Positions 14,110-27,120 of a DNA stretch of 64,000 nucleotides are shown here, in pieces. Under the pieces are notes generated by a model. That model saw nothing but the letters and a program-made list of their open reading frames with translations. It made no database searches and had not been told where the DNA came from. The translations under genes and the position numbers were made by a program. Within the stretch, counting starts at the first letter, position 1. Each line of letters starts with the position of its first letter. This DNA is from Sphagnum compactum (Eukaryota), in assembly GCA_965153455.1 (NCBI GenBank), contig OZ234493.1, positions 6,872,213-6,936,212 of the forward strand, given 5' to 3'.

Positions 14110-15620
14110 ACTTAACCTAACTAGGTTAGCTCCCTATGTTAGGCAACCTAGGCTAGGTGGCTTAAATTAAAAACAAACGTTGGCAAACTGTGGCTTAGGT
14201 ATCATAGGTTGCAAGAGTGAAGACTTGAATCTTTCAACTTCACTTGGGGGTTCAAGTCCCCATCCATTACATTACCACATCTTTTTATATTAATTATATT
14301 TAATACCAAGTTATAAAGCTCAAAACTTTTAGCTTTGAATTAACCTTGGCTGCCCTAAGTTGACTTAAGATGAATTAATTTGTCAACCTATACTATTTAT
14401 TAACCTAGCCTAAGTTAACCTAGGCATTCCTAGTTTAAAAAAAACCTAATATAGTTCCTAAGATAATTTAGGCTTTAGGCTAAACCTAAATTAAACTAAG
14501 TTGGACCTAGATTGAGCTAGGTTAATCTAGGTTAGACCTCGATTATGTCTAAGTTAGCTTAACCTATAAGGTATACTAAGTTAATTTTTACATTACGCCT
14601 AAATTAAGTTAAGCTAATCTAAGCTAAACTTAAGTTATATTAGGCTAATTTAGGAAGACCTAACTAAAGTTAGGTTAATTTAAGTTAGATGTAGACTAAA
14701 CTATGTTAAACATGGTTAAACATAATTATTTAGAATAATTTTGGCTAATTTTTTTATCTCTAGGCTAAAAACTGATAAATTAATAAAGAAATTAGATTAA
14801 ACACAAATATTTAAATGAAATATGGCTAAACACAATTATTTAGGCTAGAAACATGGCTAAACATGGCTAAATAACTATTACCTACTATATACGATTATTT
14901 TAACCTATTTCCTAGGGAACTTAGGTTCCTATTATGTATTTTAGGCACCTACATAGATATCATTAGGCATATATTTAAGTAATATAGTACAAAAATACAA
15001 CTTATTCAAGTATTTGGAGGTTAACTACTAAGTAGACCTAATGCATAATAATTAATATCACAACTTTCCATCTAGTCACAAATTTAAGGTGGTTACAAAC
15101 TTGATAAAATATTTTGTAATAAGACTACTTAGGTTGATTTGGCAAAAAAACCTAAAGTTAGGAACTTAGGTGAGCCCACCTAAATTAATCTATTAGTAGG
15201 GTAACTTATTATAGGTATATTTAAACATACTAGATGTAATAAATTTCTTATGGGTGAAAATCCTTTAAGGTGTACCACATAAAATGAAAAGGGCCTAATC
15301 CTTATTGCAGTCCCTTTTTACCCTATATTTTGATCTCAGTAAAAAATAATGAGTCAAAAGTTGTAAATTTTTTCAAAAGATCTATTTTTTAGACCATTAC
15401 AATTCTAGATTCCATCATAATCATCCATAAATGTGTCTTTACATGGTAAAAAATGACTAGGTAAAAAAAACAAAAAAGGGTGACGTGTGATAAGATTTTG
15501 GTACACCTTAAAAAATTTAAGTAACTTATTAAATAACCTTGTATTATGAAATAGGTTTTTACTAAGTAGCCTACATACTTAAGTTAATGTGCTAAGTAGT
15601 TAAAAAGTCAATGAGTTAAG
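14110..15620. repeat. Low-complexity array of CCTAGG/ACCTAA/TTAGG-type short palindromic motifs
   Basis: Dense AACCTAGG, CTAAGTTAG and TAGGTTA words. A similar tract lies at 54960-55245. Confidence 0.6.
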
Positions 15621-15849
15621 TGTCACATTTTTCAAAATAACTATTATATTGTAGTCATGATTACAAGCTAAAAATAGATTATCTAATACACATACACATG
15701 CATATGAATTCATGATTTCAAAAACTTCATGGCACACAAAAAACTATGGCATGCCATGACAAATATTGGTGCCATAAATTTAAAACACGTAGAAACTTAT
15801 GGTGTCACAAAAAATCATGGACTACCATGAAAATTTGTGACACCTTGTT

Positions 15850-16880
15850 GCCAAATCACATATGTCATGTCATCATCACATGGAAAACCAAGTCGTTATC
15901 AATCGCAAAAGACAATAATATTTTCAACTAGTTAATAAATGAAATTAATTAATCAAATCAATGACATGAATCATGATTGATGAATAGTCACACACTAATG
16001 GAAAAACTGTCATTTGCAACTAATTATTACAATTCAAATTTGTTGTTTGCAATTATTATTTTTTAAAATGATGGCTGACACATTTTAGTTGTAGATGACA
16101 AATTTAGTGCACATCATATTGTTGGCATATAACATGCAATGTCGTCATCATGGGAGATTGAGTCATTACTAGTCGTAAAGGTGGATGGATCTTACAACTA
16201 ATTAACTAATGAACAAAAATATGAAAAATAATATGATAATTTACCAAAAAAATAAACAAGTTGTTATATTGACTACAATTGCAAAACCATGATGTTACAT
16301 GGCATGTTGATGTCTTTTGCCACTCCTTAGTGATTGTTATGACTAAGTAGTTATAATTGTGGTTGGAAAAAACAATAGTCATTTTTGTGTCTGATTCAAA
16401 CTACAAGATTTATTGTAGTGAAGGTAAAGTTTTGGATTTTCATCATGCAAAAAGTTGTACATTGAAAGATTGGACATCATCTCTAACATAATGATTGACT
16501 AATAAATGTTTCATTTTATTCAAAGTAGTGTATGAGCCATCATATTGACTAATAGTTCATTACTTTCATACCACATGGAATGCCACTCATCATCTTGTGA
16601 ATCTAAAAGTCGTTATTCTAATAAAAAAAGTTAGGGTATTTCTAATTAACTAATTTTAATTTATTTGAAGCATATTATTATAATTTCAAAAAAAAAATTA
16701 TCCAAAAAAACGATTAGTCATCATATTAATTATAATCGCAAAACCATTACATCACATGACATTTCAATGGCCTTTGCAAATTACACAATGATTTTTGTGA
16801 CCAAGTAGTTATAATTGTAATCGAAAAAGATAGTAGTTATTTCTTTGACTAGTCAAAAAACCCATAATGTGTTATTGTGT
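15850..16880. mobile_element. Degenerate CACTA-type termini (two related copies)
   Basis: TATTGTAGTG ends at 16420 (CACTACAATA on the minus strand). Sequence ~16270-16400 is similar to ~16725-16860 (AAGTAGTTATAATTGT...AAAAA..ATAGT). Confidence 0.5.
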
Positions 16881-19800
16881 ATTTAAATGACAATTTAAAT
16901 TAATGTTGAAAGTTTTGGATTTATTCATATAGTAACATTCAAATATATTGTAGAAACATGTGAGTAGAATTGAAATCAATCTAATGAATAAAAAAACTCA
17001 AAAATACTTTTAAAATAGTTGTAAATTTTTTTGAAGTCAACATTTGAAGGAAAAAAACACTAGTTACTATTTTTCAAAAGATTTGAAAATGACATATTTT
17101 GGACAAATGTTTATTATAAACCTTAACATAATAATATAAAGAAAATTTCAAATTTTTAGAATTAAAAAAAAACAAATTCAAAAAAATTCAAGAATATTTT
17201 AAGTTAAGTAGTTAGCTAATTAGGGGGCATTGTTGGCTCCTAGTAACATGCTTTTACCCCATAAAAAAGATCTTTGAAATGCATTTAGCTTTTTATTTCT
17301 TAAAACCAATCCCAACCAACCATCTATCCTTTTAAATTGTTCTACACACAAAACAAATTTAAAAACATATTCACCTATTAGCAACATAACTTAGTAAAAG
17401 CTTCTAGTTGCTACCTACCATATTAAATATGTTTGATTGTAATAAATGCATTTAGAACTTACCTAATCTAGCTCCTAAACCAATTAAAAATAAATTTTTT
17501 TCATCAATAGAAACTTTTAAGAATAATAATGGTCATTAATTAAAAATGGGTCATTTAATAAATTTAATAAGTTACCCTTGCAATGTCACAAACTTTGGAA
17601 AGTCCTATTATTACTTAAAACATAACCAAGAAGTTTTAAAAGTATTTCCCACTTGGAAAGAAAGGAAATAACTTCATAATTTTTTTCCAAACTGATCTTC
17701 AAACACAATACAATTGGCCGAAAAACCTTTTCCATTCATCTTGGAGTCATTTTTCTACACCAAGTTAGTTTTATATGAATTGTTGATAACCAAGATCTTG
17801 AAGTTACATAAACTATAAAACAAGAATTTCATTTGTAAATCTTCCAAATGATACATTTTTATTGTTTCAACCAAGTGGTTCACACTTACAAGTTCAAGAT
17901 GACGAACCATTGGAACCAAGAAGGCACCAAGAAATTAACTACAATTGTCATTTAATAATTGTCCTCAAGATTGAACCTGCCCATGAAGGTCATCCAAAAG
18001 TTACATTTGAAGGACATTTCACTAACAAAGATTCAACCATAGATTTGCCTAGTCTATAATATGTATTAATCATTACCATTGGTTGCATGGACCATTGAAT
18101 CTCTTACCCCATGAGTGACAACTAACATCCATTACAAAAATTATGCAACACATTTTTTATTTCTTATGTTTTTGATTGGGTGCAAACAAGTTAGTAGGAG
18201 TCACACTCACCACTTTGGGTGAATGCTCCACAAATATTTTCATAATATTTTAAAATAAAATCATCAAGAAATTATTGTGACCTAAATGGATGTAACATTA
18301 TACTATTTTGTAAATATATGTTTAAAGATATTCCCCAAAAGTAAAAGTCGTTAGGATGTTGAAAAACATGCATTATAATGTTTAATGAATGTTTTTGAGT
18401 GTTCTATTTTCATTATATTCATTCCAAATCATGTTTTCATTTTATATTAATAACATATTTATGTGAAACGACTGACCATTTCCACATTGAAACTAAAATT
18501 TGACCCAACAATATGAAACACAAACCACTTGTTACACTTAGAATGATTCCTATTAGCTTGTTTGGACTCAATTGATTTTGGCAACATTGGTCCTTGAGTT
18601 ACAATGTACTTGAATATATTATAACTACTTTTGATGCTTTCACAATAGACTTATTGATTTATTGAACGTACATTGTGTTACATATAAGTCCATTCATTAT
18701 TTTATATGATGAAATGGCTTATGTTTTCCTCTTTGTAAGAAGCAAAATATGACAACATTTGCAAGCGTTAAGTCTTGCAATCTTTTACAATCATATGGAA
18801 CTTATAAAAAATAAGACATCTTCCTATTTGTAGAGGCATGTGATGTAAGTGAAGGAAGACTTCGTATTTTTTTTGGTTTTGTGTTGATGTATTTTTATAC
18901 ATGCAAATTAGAGGAGGAAGAAGAAAACAAATTTCATTCAATACGTTTCTATTGATGTGATGAAACCTTCAAATATACATGTTAACTTCAAAAGTATCAA
19001 GGTTATACACATGAAAAATAATTGAACTTTCTTTTTACCCAAATATTTCATTTTTCATGTAATGACTATTGACAAAATAACAATCATGGTAAGGCCATCA
19101 TGTGAGGTGCACACTTTGTTAATGGTACAATTAAATTAAAAATGTTAAATACATATTTTTGTAAATTTTTGTTGTTTTCAATATGGTGGATTGATTAATT
19201 ATCAACGAGTTTTAATTTTAAATTAAGAAAAAATTGTGTAATTACTTATCTTTAGAAAAAACATTCATTTCAAAATATCATTGAAACATGATGTTAATTT
19301 ATACATCAAAAAAATTTGGACATGTTCAAAAGGATACATAATTTATAGTTAGAGGAAAGCTTCATATGAACATAGTTCCATATTTAGACATGATTTTGCA
19401 TTACATTTAAAACCCTTGTCACCATAATCTAACAATAATCTTTTTTTGAAATATCAAAACCCTAACTCTTCTATTTTTAGGATCTTATGAAATGTTTGGT
19501 TATGAAGGTTTTCATTTCAATGGTTAAGGTGGTGGTTCAAATATTTCAAAAGAAGGTTGAAGCCTTAGGATTTAAGGTTTTGAATAAATGATTAAATAAC
19601 ATTTTATGAACTAAAAGGTTCAATTTTAAGACACTTCGAAAGGAAACTTTAAAATTTAAAAGGTTAAGGAATTTTAATCTCAATGTTAGGGTTTAGGGTA
19701 GAAGGTAAAGGATGTCAAGTTGTAAGAGCCATAAGGTTCATTGTTATCTTGCAAATTTAATCATGAATAGCTTGTTTGGTACATATACTGATACTCCCTT

Positions 19801-20768
19801 TGCAAATAACAAAAAAGGTGGTGATCAAGTTTGTGTTGACATTTCAAACAGATTTTGGGCAAATTCCAAGTATCACTTCTTGTTTTACAATTCCAAGTAT
19901 ATTAAAATGCTTCTTGCTTTACAATTTTAGGTACAAGGTATGCAATAAGGATAAAAGAGAACCTTGTTTAAGGTATATATGGGTTAACTAAAGTATCAAT
20001 CCCCTTTCTTCATTCATGGCTTGAACATATGTTGATTTCTTGCATCAAAATGATGGTGACCGACACATGGTATTCAAACACTAGCAACAACCTCTTGAGA
20101 GGATGGTCAAGGGGCTTCACCCATTTACTTCCAAACTAATTAAGATGTGGGTGGGCTTGTCACTTGTGTTTTCAGGTCTATCGGCCACATGATTGTGACC
20201 ATTCTTTCACCATGTTTCTCAAAAGTTATGATTGAACAGAAGTAATTTATTTGGACCGCCAAGAAACCCCAAACATTTTTCTCCAATATTGGTGATGACC
20301 ATTGTATACTTCGTATACATGGTTGTAAAGTACAATACAATCAATTGGCTTGAGCCATGAACAACTACAATAATTTTCTTATTGGCTCAAAATTGCATCA
20401 AATGCCAATTATCGATGATTATATCTAGATCCCTCTCCCTACCCAAAATTACTAGAGAGGCATGTATCTTGTTGTGTCTCTTAGCTTGTTCCCCCTTGGA
20501 CAAACATTCTCTAGGGAGCTACCTTGCATATTCACAACAAGACATATATGCACTGCAATTTATTGACTTAATAATATCACCCAAGTTGTGCAATGAGGTG
20601 GTCATTTAGTTGGATTTATATATATGAATTAGGTCTTCTAGCTCATAGTTTGCAAGAAAGTAATCGGCAATAAATATCTATTTAATTTTGTAGTGAATAT
20701 TATTATTACATGGTGGTTTATACTATACTAGAGTGGTGGGAAACAAAGGATTGTAGATTAGTGTTTGA

Positions 20769-23700
20769 TCATGAGTGCAATAGTTGAGGGTCACCATTGT
20801 AAGAATTTTCAAAGGGAAGAAAAGAGTACCCTTTTAGTCCCTTCGTATTGACAATGATTTCTTTTTCATTGGCTGCGAGTGTTGTTGTGGCGCTTTTCCT
20901 TGCATCCTTTGATGAAGAATGCCAGCCACTCTCTTTTCCAACACCTGAGTCGCGTCTGCTTGTGAAATTGCTTGAGCCGATCTGCACACAACTTAATTCC
21001 AAACCTTTATTCTCCACCAAAGAGTATGATGGGTCGGGGCAGATGTGGTGGTTTGTTGTTGAGCAAGGAGATGATGATGTTGATGATGATAATGGTATTT
21101 GAGAAGTTGCTGGAACAGTGACAAAACTTTCTGGATTTTTGCACAGAAGCTTGTTATCATCCGTGAAGTCAATATTTGACATGCCTGGATTATGAACAAT
21201 TACCATCATCTGCTTGTGGTTGGATCCACCTTTGGATAATGAAGTTGGCTGGAATATAAGCACAATTGCCCACAAAGGTTTTGTTAGACAATTTTCACGT
21301 TTAAATGACCATGAAAATCAATGGTTCTTAAACAAGAGAAAAAGACAAACATTGTCCAAAGTTGAAACCAAGGGTGTTGAAAATGGATAGACAAATCTTA
21401 CCACTCCAATGTGCCATTCCTCATAATCAAGATTCTTGAACTCCTTTTCATTCATTTCCTACACATAGAAACACACTTTTACCAATAAGTAAAGAGCTTG
21501 TTGAACTCATTTTGAGGTTTTGAAAAACATTCTTGAACAATAGAGTTATCCTTAAAGTCAGGCGATCAGGGGGCGAGAACGGCCAGTTTCGGCATAATAG
21601 GGCATCAAACGTGTAACTGGGAATGAAAATTTACAAAAGGAAATAACTGGGATCCAAATTAGTTTTTCCACCAATTTTGGTGGTAAACTGAGTTTCATCC
21701 TGTGTTTCCTTTTTCCTGAGCGCCTGCACCGCTGCTACATATATTTTCACTGCTCCTACCTGTACAACTGCTTTAATTACTCTCGAACCTTGTGCATTAA
21801 ATGCATTTCATACCCAGATTTAATAAAATTTCCTTACTTTGCAGATACCATTGAAAGAGGGGATAGGGGGCGAAAGCAGAGGAGATAAGGGGTGAAACAG
21901 AGGGTGACTTTTAGGATAACTCTAATCTCTCCCATAAAATTTATGCCAACCCCTGAATTGGGATCAAGTGGTTTTAGGTTTAGGGTTTTATGACACAAAC
22001 CTAAAGGCATTTATGACATCTTCATAATATGACTCACTTCTTCATAGAAACCCTCTTCACTTGTTGAAGTCTTATTAAAATTTCAAAAAGGCCCAATTTC
22101 AAAATATGGAAGAAAAATTGCAATCTTCTTTGGACACTTGTTTCTCTCAGTAGGTTTTTTTTTCCTTGCATGGCTTAAAAAGTCCAGAGACTTCTTGGCT
22201 ATGCTAGTTGATCTAGTGCTGGTTTGTTCCTCTAATTTTGTCCCTCTTTTCTTACTTTGAGAAATTAGATGAGCTTACCACACTATAAATTGGGGGCAAG
22301 CTATATTTGCCTGAGGAGCGCAAACTTGGAACCATAGTGAAAAATGGTGTGAATCCTCTTGATCGGAATGTCCACCTGAAACCCATCAAGTTGCAGGACC
22401 CAAATCCCAAATCTTAGATTGCACATTGTGATTTGGCAAAACCAACCCAACAGGCTGAATGTATGTGCAGGCATTTCGCTTCCTCTTGGCAACTGAGTGG
22501 GCCAACCCAATTTGGAGCTGGAACTCCCAATGAACTTTTCAATAGAGAAGGGGCCATGAAACCAAATTCTAAATATTTGGACTCAAGAAGAATGTGAAAA
22601 ATAAAAAAATAGATTTTGTGGGACATAAGTTGGTGAGAAAATGGTTTCATAGAATTTACCCAATATGGAAAAATATGACTCCCTCTGTTAACTCTCGCAT
22701 GAGCAACCTGATCCAATACTCCTTTCCCACTCCCTCAGCTGCAGCATGCATCTGCAAGGATGAATATTTCGATTAAATTAGTTCATGGATTCTGTTGTTG
22801 ATCTCCTTATCACCATTTTCTCATCACCTTTCAGAACAATAATTTGCCTGTAGTTAATCCTGAGTGGAAAGTTATTTTTACAAAATATTTAAGAAAGAAA
22901 AAACAACTTCTTAATCTGGAATGCAAAGTTTTAAGAAAAACAGAAGAGGACACACCAAGAATTCTGCAATCACCACCATGAACATTGCCATCTGAAATCT
23001 CCTGCATTAATCAAATGACAAATTAGGCCGAGTACACAACCAGGTCCCATGTCAATAGCCTAACCCTACTACCACAAGCAAGCAAGTTCTTCAGAAATAT
23101 TTGGTTGAAATTTGATCAGATCCTTTACACACATTTCTGAACAAGAATATGTTTTTCTGTGCACTTGAATCTTCCCTTGTTTTAGACCAAACCCAATTAC
23201 ATTTTGTAATGGAAAGAAGTGCTTGAATTTTATTGGGTGTGTTTTTTTGCCTTTAGATTTCTACACCCAAAAGTCTAAGACACTAATTATGTAATACATA
23301 TCACATTGTGAAATTAATTTCATAATGAAAATTTAAAAATGTTCAATGTAACTAAAGATAATATTAATATTTATGGCCCAAGTCATAATATATATATATT
23401 TAAAATTAACATAACATGTAAGAGAGACTTAGTGAATAATGAAAGGAAAAACATTTCTTACTTAAACATGTGGTATTTGGTGTAGATTGCAGAATGCATG
23501 GTGTGGACACCCTCGTCCTGTATGTGCTGTAATTGATCCCGCAACAGAGCTAAATTGCGTGCTATGTGTGCCATTATCACATAAAATAGCATCCCGTACA
23601 TTAACACCATGAGCACCTGCACGAATATAACAACTAACATGCATGAACAAAGGCAATTTTTGAACACAAAAAATCTTCAGGATTACCTAAGTTGTAATCC

Positions 23701-25405
23701 TTAAGAACTTTGTTGACTTCAAACCTTACACAGATGATTCTTAGTATTGGGTATAAATTGATTTGGGTAGGAGTTACTGAAACATGATGGAATTTTACAG
23801 AAGAAGATTAACATCAAAATATTTTTTTAAATTTTTTTTTTTGATTTGTGATTTTTTTCCCACTTACTGAAAATTGAGGTACAGCAGATTTGTAGCCAGT
23901 TAGAATCAAGTATAAAAGGGACCCAAGAGCTGCAATGCTGCGCCGATCTCTCACTGAGAGCTGCTCGTGCATGATGCAATAGCCATGAGCTATGAGCAAA
24001 AATGCACTGAAGCATGCTGTTTCGAAGAAGATTCGTGACACAAACACTCCGAATGCTACCCAAAATGAGCATTGACTTGCAATAAGGCAAGAGTACCTGA
24101 AACCAAACAGAAAACCCACCACCCCCGAGATTTTTCTTTTGAGGAAAAAGACAAAGAAAAAGTTTCTTAATGGCGGCACGAAAAAGGCTACTAGAAGAGA
24201 CCATTACCTTAGTATAGTGCACACACACCATTCATTGATAGAGAAGGAAGGGGGAAAAAGAAAAATCAATGCCAAGATCAAAGAAGTACTTACCAGAATA
24301 CAAAAGAGAGGCTGAGTACAAATACTTTTAGAACTGGCACAGATGTCAATATCCACTGCAAATTATTACACTGCCCACACCATCCCAAAAATTGTCCAAA
24401 TTCACTCTCCCAAAAATCAGAACCAAACACATAATAATCTTACCTACACAACCACCAGAAAAAAGAAAAAGAGAAAGAAAAAAAGGTGTTATAGAATTTG
24501 CAATTGCATGGATGATTGATTGCAAAGAAGCAAAGCACGATCTACAATATACAGAAAACCCACACAATTTGAAGAAAGAGAAGACATAAATAAGTTGGCT
24601 CCACAACACAAGAAGAAGAAGAAGAAGCAACAAGTGTGTTGTAGAATTTGCAATCTCATCATGGATGGATTGATGGACTGATGATGGATTGCATGCAGAG
24701 GAGCCAAGCCAAGCCAGCCAGAACTCTCTCCAAAACAGAAACCACAAATTGAATTAAAAAGAGAGGCAGTGGAGGAGCACAATGAATGAGCATAATAACA
24801 AGAAGTGGGTGTTGCAGAACTAATTGCTGCAATCGATCTCAAGTCATGGAATTTGGATCGAGTGGTTGATTTGATTACAAAGAAGAACAAGAACAAGAAG
24901 AAGCAGCAGCAGCAGCAGAAAGTTGTAGAAAGCAGCAGAAAACACACACAATTTGAAGAAAGAGAGGAGAAATGGGTACAATACAAACAACAAAGTGGTA
25001 TTGCAGAATTTACAACCTCGTGGATTGGATAATTGCAGAGAAAGCAACCAAGATCTAGTTCAAAACCTTGAAGAAGAAAGAAGAAAGAAGAAGAAGGCTG
25101 AATTTCATGATGAAGAACAAGAAGAGATTTCATGAAGAAGAGATGCCATGGAGAAGAAGGAGAAGAAAGGGAAGGAAGAAAATGGGTGGGGGGGGTTTTG
25201 GTGTTTTGAAGATTCTAGTAGCTACCTGCTGCCATCTTCGTTTAGTCCAAGTATTGAAGGTCCATACAATGACACAGACTGTCCACAGCAGAAGCAGCGC
25301 CATGAAGACGTAGGGCAAGGGAGTGTATGATTCCTCCCACTCCATCATGTTGCTAATGTTCATGATCGCCTTCTTGTTCTGTGCTTGCTCAACTACTCCA
25401 TCCAT
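20769..25405 (-). CDS. Uncharacterised plant seven-transmembrane protein, LUSTR/GPR107-like (GOST family) 7TM domain, 9 exons, ~470 aa
   Basis: Exons with GT-AG borders and consistent phase: 25405-25226, 24370-24294, 24096-23868, 23616-23462, 23001-22956, 22751-22660, 22375-22279, 21458-21402, 21248-20769 (1413 nt). The protein has repeated hydrophobic helices and motifs YTPLPYVF..W, LQWILTSVPVLK, FLLIAHGYCIMHEQLSVRDRR, YTKYHMFKRF, YWIRLLMRE..IFFHIGWTFRS, LPPIYSVEM..EWHIGVP. The start codon could be a downstream Met. Confidence 0.9.
21542..21923 (-). mobile_element. MITE (family A-related) in intron 7 of the 7TM gene
   Basis: TIRs AGAGTTATCCTTAAAGTCA ... TGACTTTTAGGATAACTCT (1 mismatch) are flanked by AAT/AAT, or alternatively TA/TA. 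The internal ~190 bp is the reverse complement of the left part of 39627-39957. Confidence 0.85.
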
Positions 25406-26259
25406 TTCCCCACTTCTTCAACTTCCTCTTCCTTCACTCCAAAAATCAATCTCTCTCCAAATCTGTCTGCCTATCTGTCTGTGTCTGTCTGTCCCTCTTT
25501 GTGTCTTTCTGAATTTTACTGACCCTCAATTTGAAACCACCGTGCTCTCTGCAAATGCTGGTTTTTTGTTCAGGTTTTTTCCAGCTCAGCTGCAGCATGC
25601 TAAGGAAGTAGAAGCTCCAATTGGGGAGGAGTTGTTGCAAACCTTCTTTTGTTTTTTCTGTTTTTTCCCCATGATGATGATGATGATGATGCTGTTGTTT
25701 TTTTCCCCATGAATCTCAATACCCTTCTTCTTTGAATTTTTGTTTCTGGAAAATCATCATCATCATCATCATCATCTCAGGCTCCAATTTCTTCTTTTTG
25801 CAATTTCCGTCATTCTTCCGATCCGTGGGTCGTCAGTCAATTACAACATAAAATTCTCCGTTACCTTAAAAGCTTTCCTCTCATGAGACCTTTTCTTCTC
25901 CTCCTTCTCTTTCCTTCCACAAGTTCTTCCACTTACCTCCATGTATGTATGTACCTCTCTGTCGGTCTCTGTGGGTGTGTGTGTGTGTTTCTCTCTCTGT
26001 CTCTCTTTCACTTCAAATCTCCAATCTCAAAAAGAGCTGAAACGCGCTTCTCTCTCAGCTCTCCTCTGTGTCCCAGACTTCTGTCGCTCCCTCTTCCTGT
26101 CTCTCTATCTGTCTCTGTTTCTAATCTGTCTGTTCTTCCGTCCACACGGAAAAAAAAATCCAAAAAATTATTCGGAGCCGCCGAAATTTAGGAAGAAGAA
26201 CTCAAACTTCGTCGACTATATAACGAATCCCTTAACTCTGCCGCAGTGGAATAATATTG

Positions 26260-26419
26260 CTGCAACAAAAAAAACAAACAAAAACACACAGACAGCGAAA
26301 TGAAAAACCAACCCACCCCAATTCAGAGAAGAAAAAACCAAGCGCAAAAGAGCTCAAGTCAAACAATAGCCGGAGGATTCATTGAACACATACTGAAGCC
26401 AAGCAACCAGCAAAGTTAC
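26260..26419 (-). other. Probable 5'UTR intron of the 7TM gene
   Basis: Minus strand has an AC|GTAACT donor at 26419, a T-rich body and a TTTTTTTGTTGCAG acceptor at 26260. Confidence 0.55.
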
Positions 26420-26519
26420 GTATCTTTGGTTTCTCTCGTAAATTAATTGATCCTCAAAGACTGCCAAAATCCACACACACACACAAGACATACCAAAACT
26501 GCTGTGCACTCAGAAGAGG

Positions 26520-26555
26520 CGAAGAAGACGCCGCCGCCGCAGCAGCAGAAGACAC

Positions 26556-26592
<37 letters not shown>

Positions 26593-26700
26593 GAACGCCG
26601 GAGAGAGCGCGAGGGCGAGAGGAGAGGGAAAGGGTAGTGGGAGCGCGGGTGGGTCCACCCGGCCGGTTCTACCGTCTTTTCCCGGTAAGTATGTATTTTC
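26520..26700 (-). promoter_or_regulatory. Likely core promoter / transcription start region of the 7TM gene ((CT)n Y-patch, CpG-rich)
   Basis: (GA)n tract at ~26560-26587 reads (CT)n on the minus strand. The CpG-rich island sits upstream of the 5'UTR intron in otherwise CpG-poor DNA. Confidence 0.5.
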
Positions 26701-27003
26701 GTATTTTGAGACTATTTTCGTATTTCGTAAGTTAGTAGATACGGTAGTATTTTGTATCTATGTACTAGTAGTAGGAAGAAGAAGGAAAAAATAAAAGAGG
26801 AAAAATATAATACTTTGAATATATATATTTTTTTGGTTGGGGAAAAAAACACTTTGAATCTATTATGATTCCACTTGTTTTTAAAGCTCTTACTTTCATT
26901 ATTTATACCTATAATTTATACATTGTACAATAAAAATTAAATTAAGTAAATTATTATTCTTAAACACCTACAATAGTGAATAATGTAATGTCAATGTAAT
27001 ATT

Positions 27004-27004
27004 A

Positions 27005-27067
<63 letters not shown>

Positions 27068-27120
27068 GCGCATGCACGTGCGCACACACACACACACATA
27101 CATACATATATAGACATATA
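27004..27120. repeat. Compound microsatellite (ATAC)n(AT)n..(CA)n
   Basis: Directly visible. Confidence 0.9.

Noticed and set aside
24489..25133. 214-aa minus-strand ORF and overlapping ORFs
   Set aside because: It lies within intron 1 of the 7TM gene. The low-complexity F/C/L/S composition comes from microsatellite-rich intron sequence.
25323..26794. Several 100-130-aa ORFs on both strands
   Set aside because: These are translations of (CT)n/(GA)n/(GT)n-rich UTR and promoter sequence with no recognisable domain.
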